Below, in pieces: positions 22,752 through 33,943 of a stretch of 64,000 nucleotides of DNA. The notes beneath the pieces are model-generated. The model was not told the origin of the DNA. It did no database searches and saw nothing but the letters and a program-made list of their open reading frames with translations. The translations under genes and the position numbers were made by a program. This stretch comes from Chara braunii (Eukaryota > Plantae > Charophyceae): positions 5,201,308 through 5,265,307 of the forward strand of contig BFEA01000025.1 in assembly GCA_003427395.1 (NCBI GenBank), given 5' to 3'. Every line of letters begins with the position of its first letter. Positions within the stretch are counted from its first letter, which is position 1.

Positions 22752-24699
22752 ATGGTGGACGCACGTAGTGGTAAGAGCACCACCCCGTACACTAAGGCTC
22801 AAGAAGAGCAAGCCGTTGACGTTCTAAAAGAAAGAAAAAAAAAAGGCTAAGAAAAAGTTGATCAAGCAGGCCAAGAAGTTGGGCTTGATGGAGGAACAGG
22901 CGAAGAAAAAGAAGAAACTGAAGGAGGAGATGGAGAAGTTGAAAAAAGAAGAGGAGGAGAAGTTCAGGGCAGTAGAAGAAGAGGAAGTTGAAGTAGAGGA
23001 AGAAGTTCCCTTGATCAGAACGGTCACAAGAGAGAGAGAGGAGAGACCAGTGACACGAAGAAGGAGGACCCATGGATGGAGAAGAAGATTTCAGAGTGGG
23101 TCTCTAATTTGTCCCTGGGAGAAGAGGAGGCGGCGATGTTATATGTCTCTAGGGTAGAACAGGAGGTGGTCATAAAGGAGCTGGAATTCGAAGAAGACCC
23201 CCTCAAACGTCAGACGATAGAAGAGGAGAAGAAGTTAGAATGGAAGTTGTGTTTGACCAGGGAAAAGAAGCAAAGGATAGAGGCGGCAAGTAAGGCAGCG
23301 AAAGAGTTGGAGGGGGTGAAACAGCAGCGGGTGTAGATGGAGGCGTAGGCGGATTGGCAGGGGAAGATGGAGATTATGACGAGGAATATAGAACTCTTGG
23401 CACAGGCTCAGGAAGAGCAGTTCCAATTCGCAATAAGTCAGGATATAGGTCTGCGATCAATACGATTTGGGTTTAGAGAATTCGCCCGCGAGATGATGAT
23501 GCACGTGGGCTAAAAAATGAAGGCGAGGTTAGAGAACACAAAGCGATTCTGTACAGGCGCCATAGAAGGCGCCAAACTTGCTGCTCCAAGGGAAGAGGAA
23601 GTCCGTCCCCGTAGAGAGCCCGTTAAGGTGAAGTTTCCTGACCCCTACAATGGGAAGAAGGAGGAGAACTTTGATAACTGGCAGGCGAACGTGAACTCTT
23701 ATGTTCACCTCCAAAAGATAGCCTCTGAGGAGCATGTCCTCATCGCCTTCCATGCCCTTAGATGCGAAGCAGCTAGCTTCGCCAGGTCACTCGCCCGCAC
23801 TGCTAACGATATGGTCGCATACTCCCTGATCACCCCCCTGAGTGACTTCTTTAAGTTACTACACGAGAGGTTCACAGATGTCACGCGAAGTGTTAGAGCT
23901 TGACAAACTGCAGACCATCCATTCCTGCCAATGGAGGAGTGCTAGAGTACTCAAGAGCGTCATGGATGAATTGATCGACGTCCCTGACCATGGGGTCACT
24001 GAGACCCAATTGGTCAACCTATTCTATCGTGCCATGCCCGAACCTTTGCTCGGGCACATTTTTGAAAAGAGTAGGGAGTCTTCCATGACCTATGATACCT
24101 AGAGTAGGGAGGTGGTAGCTTTCGAAGTTCAGTCCATGCCAGTTTCCACTTTTTGGCATAAGGACCTTGATAAGGGGAAGAAGTGGAAGGGCCATACCAT
24201 CTCGGGTCAGGTTAAGGGCAAGGATCACCTGATCCTTACATGGGATGAGGGTGGTATGGAGGAGGTCCCTTATAGTCAGATAGAGTGGGGCCTCAAAGAG
24301 GATGACAGTAGTGTGAGCCAGGGGAGGACTTATGCTGCTGTCGCGGTTGGAGGGAGGCCGCAAGGAAGAGGAGGAGGCCGGGGCCAAGGGGGGCGGGCCT
24401 CTGGTGGTCGAGGACAGGGCGCTCAGGGGGTTGGCGGCAGAGGAAACCGCCAAGAGGGAGGTAGGGGTCAAGGTCCCCCGCCAAATCGTCCGCGTTCCAG
24501 TCGATCACCTCCCAGGAGGGGTGGATGGCACCCTGGCTGGCCACAAGGCAGATCCTGGGAAGATCTGGGCCTAGATCAGAAGAGGATAGACCAGGATCAA
24601 TGCATTTCTTGCGGTGATCCAGGGCACGTGATTAAATACTGCGCCAAATATAGAGAGGCCCGGTATGTTGCACATGCAGCAAAAGGCAACCGCTGGTAG
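22752..24699 (+). pseudogene. gag: gag (disrupted)
   Basis: Starts MVDARSGKSTTPYTK, followed by coiled coil, PVKVKFPDPYNGKKEENFDNW and the CCHC knuckle CISCGDPGHVIKYC. Several stops and frameshifts. Confidence 0.9.
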
Positions 24700-27600
24700 G
24701 GGTCGCAACTGCCCTTACCCCTAGACCATATGGAGAAGAGTGCGCGCACCACAGAGAAACTCCCAACCCACATGTGTCTATTGCAAAGGTTGCTGGCCAG
24801 TGCCTAGAAAGTTGTCAAGAGACTGCTTGTGTTAGGGTCTCTCTAGGCACTTCCCTCACAGGCGTGGCATAAGAATTGAAGGAGAGGATGCCTGCCTGGG
24901 CCAAGATGAAGAAGGATAGTAAAGGACAACTAGTCTTAGTAGATGTAGAAGTTTTTAGTGGCAGAGTAGGGGCCCTTATAGATAGTGGGGCAACTCGCAA
25001 CTATATTAGTATGAAAGCGCTGCAAAAGTTAAAGCTGAATCTAAAGGTCCAGAAGCTAGAAGACCCTATAGTCAGCACCCTCGCAGACAATCGCACTATC
25101 CGAGTCGAGGAATATGTAGAGGGAGTCCAGACGTACAATCGCCTAGAGAAGGATGGGAAGGTAGAGACAGTTCTCCATTCCCTGACTCTCCTCGTAGAAG
25201 ATAGCCTCCCATTTGACATGGTCCTAGGAATGGAATGGGGAGAGGTAGCAGGTGCCACACTACACTTGAGAGAGCACGAGTCTAGACTCCCTAGCCCATC
25301 AGGCGAAGTTAAGACTGCCCGCCTGTTTCATGTGTCAGGGGTAGACAACACCTTAGCATATTGCTGCCTCAGTGCTCCCGCGTTCGCGCGACTAGTGAGA
25401 AAGGAGCAACTAGAAGAACAGGTTTTCGTAGCCTATGTTAGGCCTGTCATTGAGCCTAAGGAAGAGAAACCATTGACCCAGTTATTGCCAAGTTGCTGGA
25501 AGAGTATACAAACTTAGCTAAGCCGCCTACATGAGTAGTGCAGCGGCCCATCCAGCATCGTATTGAGATAGAGCCTGGTAGTAGAACTCCTAAGGGAGCT
25601 ATCTACAAAATGTCCCCAAGGGAGTTAAAGGAGTTGCGCAAGCAGTTAGACGAGCTTTTCGAAAAGGGTTGGATTAAGCCCAGTTCGTCTCCTTTTGGAG
25701 AGCCTGTTCTGTTTGTCCCCAAGAAGGAGGGAAAGTTAAGAATGTGTATTGGCTATAGGGGTCTTAACGCCATCACAGTGAAGAATGCAGAACCACTGCC
25801 CCGTTAAGAATATGTATTGACTATAGGGGTCTTAACGCCATCACAGTGAAGAATGCAAAACCACTGCCCCGTATAGATGATTTGTTAGATCGGGTGCAGG
25901 GCTGCAAATATTTCTCTAAGATAGACTTGAAGTCAGACTATCATCATACAGAGGTCCATCCTAATGATCAGCACAAGACGGCGTTCAGGACTAGATATGG
26001 GCACTATGAGTTTATAGTGATGCCCTTTGGACTAACCAATGCGCCAACTACATTACAGCGTCGTATGAATGATCTGCTTAGGCCATGGTTAGATCGATTC
26101 GTGGTAGTGTACCTAGATGATATCCTAGTCTTTAGTAAGACCCTCCAGGAGCATGAGGGCCATCTGAGGCAGGTCTTGGAGAAGCTGAGAGAAGCTAACT
26201 TCAGGATCAACGCGAAGAAGTGTGAGTGGGCCAAGATGCAAGTCCTGTACTTGGGCCACATTTTAGATGGTGATGGCATAAAACCTAAGGACAATAAAAT
26301 AGCAGCGATTAGAGACTGGCCGACTCCCCGCACATTGACAGAGTTACGGTCGTTCTTAGGATTGGCCAATTACTACAGAAAGTTCGTCAGGATTTTTTTT
26401 ACCATCGCTGCTCCCCTTCGCAGGTTGCTAAAGAAAGAAGCAATCTGGAAATGGGATAGAGATTGTGCGTCGGCCCTAAAGAAGTTGAAGCGGGCCTTGA
26501 TAGAGCATCCAGTTCTCAAGGTAGCCGACCCATCATTACCTTTTGTTGTCACCACTGACGCAAGTCAGTACGGTATAGGTGTTGTTCTACAACAAGATGG
26601 TGGCAATGGGTATAGACCTGTAGAGTTCATGTCTGCCAATGCCTTCAGAGAAGGTAGCGACATCTACCTATGAGAGGGAACTCTACGCTCTCAGGCAAGC
26701 ACTAGACCACTGGAAGCACTACTTGCTTGGGAGACTCTTCAAAATGTATTCAGACCACAAGACGTTGAGGTGGTTGAAGACGCAGGCCAAGATGACACCT
26801 AAGCTGACTAGGTGGGCCGCAAAAATAGACCAATTTGACTTCGAACTCAAGCCAGTCAAAGGGAAGTATAATGTAGTTGCGGAGAGCTGATTACTTTGGA
26901 GTGATAGTTCACTATCTGGATGTAGGGCGAGACCTGCAGCAGAAAGTTAAAGAAGCCTATGCACATGACCCTATTCATAGTGATCCCTTCAAGAGAGTTA
27001 AAGAGTCTCTAGATTCTGAGCCAGACTACCGTACTACAGATGGGCTGTTATTCGAGAAGACTAATGTAGCGGATCGATTGTGCGTTCCCAACAGTGAACA
27101 AATCCGAAGTCTGATCTTGGGGGAATGCCATGATACAGAGGGACATTTTGGGTGGCAAAAGACATTAGCCAACCTCATGCGCGCGTATACTTGGCCTGGC
27201 ATGAAGGCTGACTGCATAGAGTATGTACGCAGTTGTAAGGTGTGCCAGCGAAATAAGACCACTACTTGAGCCCCTCTTGGTCTTCTCAGGCCCTTGCCTA
27301 TTCCCGATGCGACCGGAGACTCTGTATCCATTGATTTCATGGATGTTGGGGTCAGGAGTAGGCATGGCAAGAGCCAAGTCATGGTGATAGTTGATAGATT
27401 TAGTAAGTATGCATTATTTGTTCCTTTGCCTTCTGAGACACGTACAGATTTAGTGATACAAAAGTTCTTCGATTATTGCGTCAGTGACCATGGGCTACCG
27501 CTGTCTATAGTTAGCGACAGAGATACCCGGTTCACTAGTCAGAACTGGCAGGAACTAATGAGTGTATAACTCTAAGTTGATGATGTCATCTGGCCATCAC

Positions 27601-28416
27601 CCAGAGACCAACGGTCAGACTGAGCAGATGAACAAAGTCCTGCAGCAGGTTCTGAATGTACATTAGACCAGACCGAGTTAATTGGGATGAGATGCTCCCA
27701 AAGGTAGCCAATGCCTATAATAACAACGTGCACTTAGCCACTTGTCGCACTCCCAATGAATTGCGTAAGTCCTTTAGACCGCGTAGACCGTTTGAGGGAC
27801 TCAACCGGGATCAGATTCAGAGGCTACCGCCCGGAACTAGGGAGTTCGCGATACAACATGAAAAAGAGATTGCTACCGTAGTAGAGAACCTCAGGAAGGC
27901 CCATCATAGAATGATAGAGCAAGCCAATAAGCATCGTCGCTCATCGCAGTTCCAAGTAGGCGACTTAGTCTGGGTTAAGTCAAAAGAGTTTGCTCCTGAG
28001 GAAAACATATCGCAGAAACTGTTACCTGCGTATAGAGGACCGTGGCCTGTCTTGGAAGTCAAGGGCGGAGAGGATGGACCGTCCTACACCATAGAGATTC
28101 CAGCACACCTCCACACCTACCAGTCTTTCATGCGTCGAAGTTGTTGTCTTGTACCACAAGTTGACAGTTTCCATCACGGAGGCCCATGATCCCTCTGGAC
28201 ATGGATGGAAGGTACGACATTGACAGCCTTGTAGGTGAAGATGTGTTCAGAACAGGAGGTAGAGGTCATCCACAGAAACAGTACAAGGTTCGATTTGCCT
28301 ATCAAGAGGCGGAAGACGACCGCTGGTTTACCCGAACAGAGCTTCTAGAGACCGCTCCCGATATAGTCCGAGCCTACGAGAAAGATAAGACAGGTCAAAG
28401 TCCTACCTTGCACTGA
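24690..28416 (+). pseudogene. pol: pol: protease, RT, RNase H, integrase, chromodomain (disrupted)
   Basis: ALIDSGAT, YLDDILVF, TDASQYG, GHFG...CKVC, SIDF...SDRD...HPETNGQTE, RGPW and the chromodomain-like QYKVRFAYQEAEDDRWF. Confidence 0.95.
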
Positions 28417-28454
28417 AGTATTCTTGGAGGACCTCGAATTTAGGCCGGCGGGAG

Positions 28455-29121
28455 TGAAACGTTTTTCACCTTAGCAGTAGTAGATGCAGATCCCAGGGTT
28501 CGATCCCTAGACCTTACCACACCCGTGTACAGTATTGAGTCGACCCCTGTGTGTTTGAACCCGTGACCTGTGTTTTGGTAGTTGACTGTTGCCTGTCGTA
28601 AGTCTGTGTAGCTATAGGGGTTCGTTCTGTAGGTCTGTCGACTAGGGGTTATAGTTGTGTAGAGGCCGTAGCTGTGGCAATTCTGAAAGGTCAAGGTCGT
28701 AGCTGCTACAGTCCCGAAAGGCCAAGTCCACAGAATTCCTGAAGGTCCGAAAGTGGCCTTTAGAGTTTGTCTCACGTTACTCACAGCAGACCAGAGGCAA
28801 GTGGGCAAGTGGTGAGTCCAACTTCGCTTAGTCAGCGGTACTCAGTCCCAGTCTCACTTTGTACAGTCAACACGTACCATGAGGGACTGTGTGCACCATG
28901 GGCCCGGTGGAAAAGGGCAGACCAGCGACTTACAAAAGTATAAAGCAAGAGGCAGCGTCCAGCCATTCATTCATTCCTGCATGAGCCGGAAGCGCTGCCC
29001 AGGCGTCTTGTGCAAGGGTGGTCTGTAGAAGCCCAAGGTTGAAGTGGGCTGAAGGGAGATAGTTCGTCCATAGCCGGCAGTGGTAGAGCGGCCATAGCCG
29101 TTGTAGCTTAGAGATAGAGTT

Positions 29122-29182
<61 letters not shown>

Positions 29183-29432
29183 GTACTGAGTTTGTGTTCG
29201 TGGGATATCCAGGGAGATCCAGAGTCGAGTGCGTGCGTACGGTTGTGTGATTACAGTGTCGGACAGAGGATGTGTAAGCGCTCAGGCGCCATAGCCAGTA
29301 GGAAGCGAGTTTGTATCCAAACTGTGTTCTCGACTTTAGTATCTCTGAGCTTTGTGTGGGCGCACAGCGCCAGCGTGGATTGGCATTTGTTTCCATGTAT
29401 GGGAAGCGAAGAAGAAAGCGAGTCTGATTGCA
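28455..29432 (+). repeat. 3' LTR
   Basis: TGAAAC...GATTGCA, preceded by AGGCCGGCGGGAG. Confidence 0.93.
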
Positions 29433-29613
29433 TCCCCCGAGGTCCCCTGGTTCCTGCCCTACAGTTGTCTCGCTCCGCCGGACTTCAACGCGCAACTTCG
29501 ACGAACCCCGCCAACACCTGCCAACGCCCACCATCACGCGTGACCCCGCCGTCGCCTGCCAATGCCCGCAATCGCGGTTCTCCGCCATCGAGAAGGTAAG
29601 GGGCCTAGTTGGG

Positions 29614-29683
<70 letters not shown>

Positions 29684-29686
29684 GCA

Positions 29687-29753
<67 letters not shown>

Positions 29754-30057
29754 GTGCGCGTGTAGTAGTGTATATTTCAATGTTCTAGCGGTAGATTCGT
29801 TCGATTTTGCTCATCCTATCGATGGAAGTGCTCTCTCTCTCTCTCTCACACACACACACAGTCATGCTTTTTTTTAGTGTATAGCGAATATGACAACACA
29901 CACACACACACGCACACACGTGTAGTAGTGGATATTTTGATGTTCTAGTGGAAGATTCATTCAATTTTGCTCATCCTATCGATGGAAGTAGCGTGAGGCC
30001 AGCCGCGAGGTTAGAGACTTAGGTTAGAGACTTACCTGTTGGCCGGTGCGTTGCTCA

Positions 30058-30124
<67 letters not shown>

Positions 30125-30168
30125 AGCAGATGCTCTCTCTCTCTCTCTCAACAGATGATGGATCGTCC

Positions 30169-30229
<61 letters not shown>

Positions 30230-30473
30230 AGCGTTCACATTTTTATTGCAGATTCGGGGTCCTCTACGGTAGCGCAGCAAAACCCCGGCTTCACCAAAAA
30301 AAAAAAAAATTCCCTGCTGGGTTTTGGGGCCGCCTGGATTTCCCGGGCGGACCCCCCCGGGCCTGCCCGGCCGGGGGCCGCCTGGCCAGGCGGCGGCCTA
30401 GCCTAGAAAGAAAGAAAGGGGAAGAAAAAAAGAAGAAAATAGAAAAAACAAAGATAGAAAAAAAGAAGAGAAC

Positions 30474-33253
30474 ATGTTCGCGGACGATCTAACGGTCCTA
30501 ATCAGAGCGTCTGACTCCTCATTCAGGACACTAGCTAAAGCAATGGAAGCGTTCAGACTAGCCTCAGAAATGAAGATCAATTGGGGAAAAACAATTGGCT
30601 GGTGGCTATCCGAGGAAGAGCCCCTTTCACTCCAAGGCGACGAGGCGGCTATGACATGGCAAACGTCGGACACACCCACCCGCTATTTGGGCATACTAAT
30701 GACAAAGGAAGGAATGGCTCCCCAAATGGGCCCATCCATGCTGGCCAAACAGATCAATAAAATCGGAAGGTGGGGCAATGCCTTCACGTCCCTTATTGGT
30801 CGAGCGCCAGTCCTCAATACATCGGTCTTTTCAATGATGTGGTACATAGCCTCCATTTGGACAGTCCCGGGCAGCTCGGTTAAGGAGCTGAACCGAAGAG
30901 CTAGGCTTTATCTATGGACAGGAGACCCCAACAAGGACAAGGGCATATCTAAGATTGCCTGGCACTATGTTACAAGAAGGCCACAAAACGGAGGCCTAGG
31001 AATTATTGACCCCGGAACAGAAACGAAAGCCCTGCAAGTCAAATGGATCATCAAACTGCTGATGAAGCCGGACAGCGCCTGGAATAATCTGGCACTGGAT
31101 AGTATCAGATCCGTGGCCCCAGTTCTCTCCCCGGACAATATGTCAGGTCTGTTTTGGGTAATGAAAAAAGAATGGGTGATAACCACAGGACGTAGGAATC
31201 GAACGAGGAATAACAGACTCGATGACGGTTGACCACCCACGCCTTACTGGCCGGCACTACTCCGATCCTGGAGGAAAATATTTCCCAATAAGATAAACAG
31301 ACCCAAATCCAAGGATGAATTACTAAGGCAACCGCTCTTCGGGAATGAATGGATAACAAACGAGGCGGACAACCCACTCTTCCTAGAACAGAGGTGGTTG
31401 TCCTGGATCAAGAACGACATCTGGAAAGTTGACCACTTATGGAAGGAGGATAAAAAGGGCTGGATAACGGAACAAGAAGTCAGCTCCTGACTGAAAGGAT
31501 GCCACAGACGAGGGACCATTCTCCAGTATATACTTAGCTGTATCCCGCAGGAATGGACAGATATCCTGGTAAAAGATGAATCGTGGAGACCGGGTGAGTG
31601 GGGACTTATGATTCAAGATGTAACCCCCTCTAGAGCCTTTCAATTCTCCCATTTGCGCAAGGCTCACACACTAGGGCCACTTTCCTCTCTTTCCCGATTT
31701 CCCTCACCAATACTGGTACGCCAACTATCTTGAACTGCGATGTAGAGTTGCCAGTCTTAGAATCCTTCCTGCTCCGGAAAGTAAGGGTCCTAGGGGCATG
31801 GCCAAAGTCAGTCTTCAGACCTGACACTACAATCCGTAGCTTGGAGTTCGATCCAGCGGAATGGGCGTGGACGCCAAATAGGGCCAGCAACATTAAGACC
31901 AAAATTCCAATCCAGGATTACACAGTCAAACTTGGGTACAGACTGTCTCTAAAGACCAAAAATCCAGACCCTATTATCAAAAACAGATGGCGGAACCTCG
32001 TCAGGCAGGAAGCAGACAACATCACACGAATCCACTGGGAAAAATTCAAACGCATCAGACCAATCAAGACTAGACGTTTGCAGTGGCTGATTGCGTACGC
32101 AGCCCTACCGGTGAACCAATGGCTACACACTAGGCGGAAAGCCGCAGACCTCAACAGCTCGGAGTTATGTACAGTCTGCACCGAAGGCCCTGTAGAAGAT
32201 ATAGTTCACTGCCTAGTGCTTTGTAAAGAGGCTACTGAATACTGGGCAAGAGCTTCATCACTCTGGGACTCCCTCTTCACATCTCCCTTCCCCGATCAAC
32301 CCATTCAACTTCTCCTCTTGACTAACATCCCTGATCAGGCGCAAAAGGCAGAAAGGATCTGGTTTGAACTCATCAGGAAAGTGACCCTATGGGTCATATG
32401 GAAGGAGAGATGCAGCAGGACAATTGAAGGGCGGTCTAACCCACGGGAGAAGGTGTGGATAGAAACCAGAACATTGATACAAGCTGAGATCCTCTGCAGA
32501 TGGCGGAAGACCAAACAAGCTTGGACAGAAGATGAAGAGCAGCGTAACAAGGAGAGGCAGAGATTCTACAGGAATTGGCTGATAAATGGCAAGATTGCAG
32601 AATTGCGAGAGGACCGGGTATGCTGGAAGGAGTGGCACAATTCAGTACCAGAAAGAGGCTTTCACCAGCAGGCAACGTCTGAGGGCATATTCGCATCCTA
32701 GGCCTCAATCGAATGTAAGCGGCCCCTCAGGGGCCCAGGGGGTACGAACAAAGAGGAAATATGGGAGAGAGAAGGACAAGTTAGAGTAGGTGAAAATACG
32801 GGAGCATGAACGCGGGTTACAAAGGAAGGCTTTATCGCAGGGGGCCGGAAGCAATGCCTGCCAATGTCCAAGATCGACAATTGGAGGTTGGGCGCACAGG
32901 CGAGGGGTTTAGGGTTTAGGGTTTTATCGTAGATCTTCCAAAGGGGCAGGGAGGTGTGTGGGGAGGAAACAGGTCGGCAAGGATAACGGATGAGCTCTTT
33001 CTAGGGACAATGGCGCTATCTGGCAGACCTGGACTCCAGGTCTGAGAGGAAAGAGAGGGATAGGGCAAGCTGACAGTCAATCCTCCACCGCGGTGGAGCA
33101 ATCAATGCTGTTCAGGGATCCTTCGGCCTGACGGAAGGAAGCGTGTGTGAGTGTTCTTGATGTAATGTATATTTTGACTTGCCGGTGGAATAGGAACCGG
33201 ACTGACGCTCCCCAGAATAGGAACCAGGACCATTAAAAAAAAAAAAAAAAAAG
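30474..33253 (+). mobile_element. 5'-truncated L1/Tx1-like LINE
   Basis: Begins at FADD of RT. Contains GGLGIID and zf-RVT CTVC...HCLVLC, then a 3'UTR with the conserved terminal motif and poly(A) at 33235-33253. Confidence 0.93.
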
Positions 33254-33592
33254 AGAAAAAGGAGGAACCTGGAACTGACCTTTGCCCCACAGTACATATG
33301 TGCAATGAGTCAGATTCTTGTAAACCATGACTACCTCTTACAACTGCTCTGGTTGCCTGGAGGTCCTCCCTTTTCTGGGTTTATCCCTTGGACTGGTGAT
33401 CCTATGGCCAGAGCTTTGTTTTTTTCCTGTGTCTGCACAGATTGACTTGATTCTTCTCCAGGAGGTAGCAGATGTTTGCACCACCAGGGCCAGCAGGCCA
33501 GTTTTCACCTGAAGGAAAGTTCCCCATGGAGTACAAATCGAACTGGCTTTGCAGGCAGGCTGGTACCTAGAAAACCTGGTGTGTGTTTGCAC

Positions 33593-33732
33593 GGCCGCGA
33601 AATCGGCTGGGAAGGATTTGGCACTGGGGGCGCAAAATCGGCTGGGAGGGGTTTGGCACTTGGGCCGCAAAATGGGCTGGGAGGGGTTTGGCACTGGGGC
33701 CGCAAAATTGGCTGGGAGGGGTTTGGCAGTGG
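33593..33732. repeat. 35-bp minisatellite x4
   Basis: Unit GGCCGCAAAATCGGCTGGGAGGGGTTTGGCACTGG, contiguous with no spacers. Confidence 0.9.
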
Positions 33733-33943
33733 CAGTTAAGGAGCTCGTACTGCATTCTTAGATATCTTCATTCAATTTTTACACTCTGTGGAGTGTACCT
33801 GTTGGCAACGCACGACCAGGAACTGATGTTGAAATGGTATGGGCAGAGGCCGGTGTGAACATCCCCTAAAGCTGGAGCGTTGCCCAGTTCAATTACAGCA
33901 TGCCTGTAGAATTTGAGACCATGGCCTGTTGTTGGCCCTTCTT

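Larger units (their letters stand above)
20535..29432 (+). mobile_element. Near-full-length Ty3/gypsy LTR retrotransposon (chromovirus-like), decayed
   Basis: Two LTRs of about 975 bp; gag-PR-RT-RH-IN-chromodomain order; purine-rich tract before the 3' LTR; TG...CA ends; TSD CCCCC/TCCCC. Confidence 0.96.
20283..30404. mobile_element. Non-autonomous repeat, copy 2, split by the gypsy insertion
   Basis: Flanks 20325-20534 and 29433 onward rejoin colinearly with copy 1. The GC-rich right end terminates in TAGCCTAG, like the hAT MITE TIR. Confidence 0.65.

Noticed and set aside
33593-33732. 35-bp repeats as a CRISPR array
   Set aside because: The units are contiguous with no unique spacers, there are no cas genes, and the context is eukaryotic.
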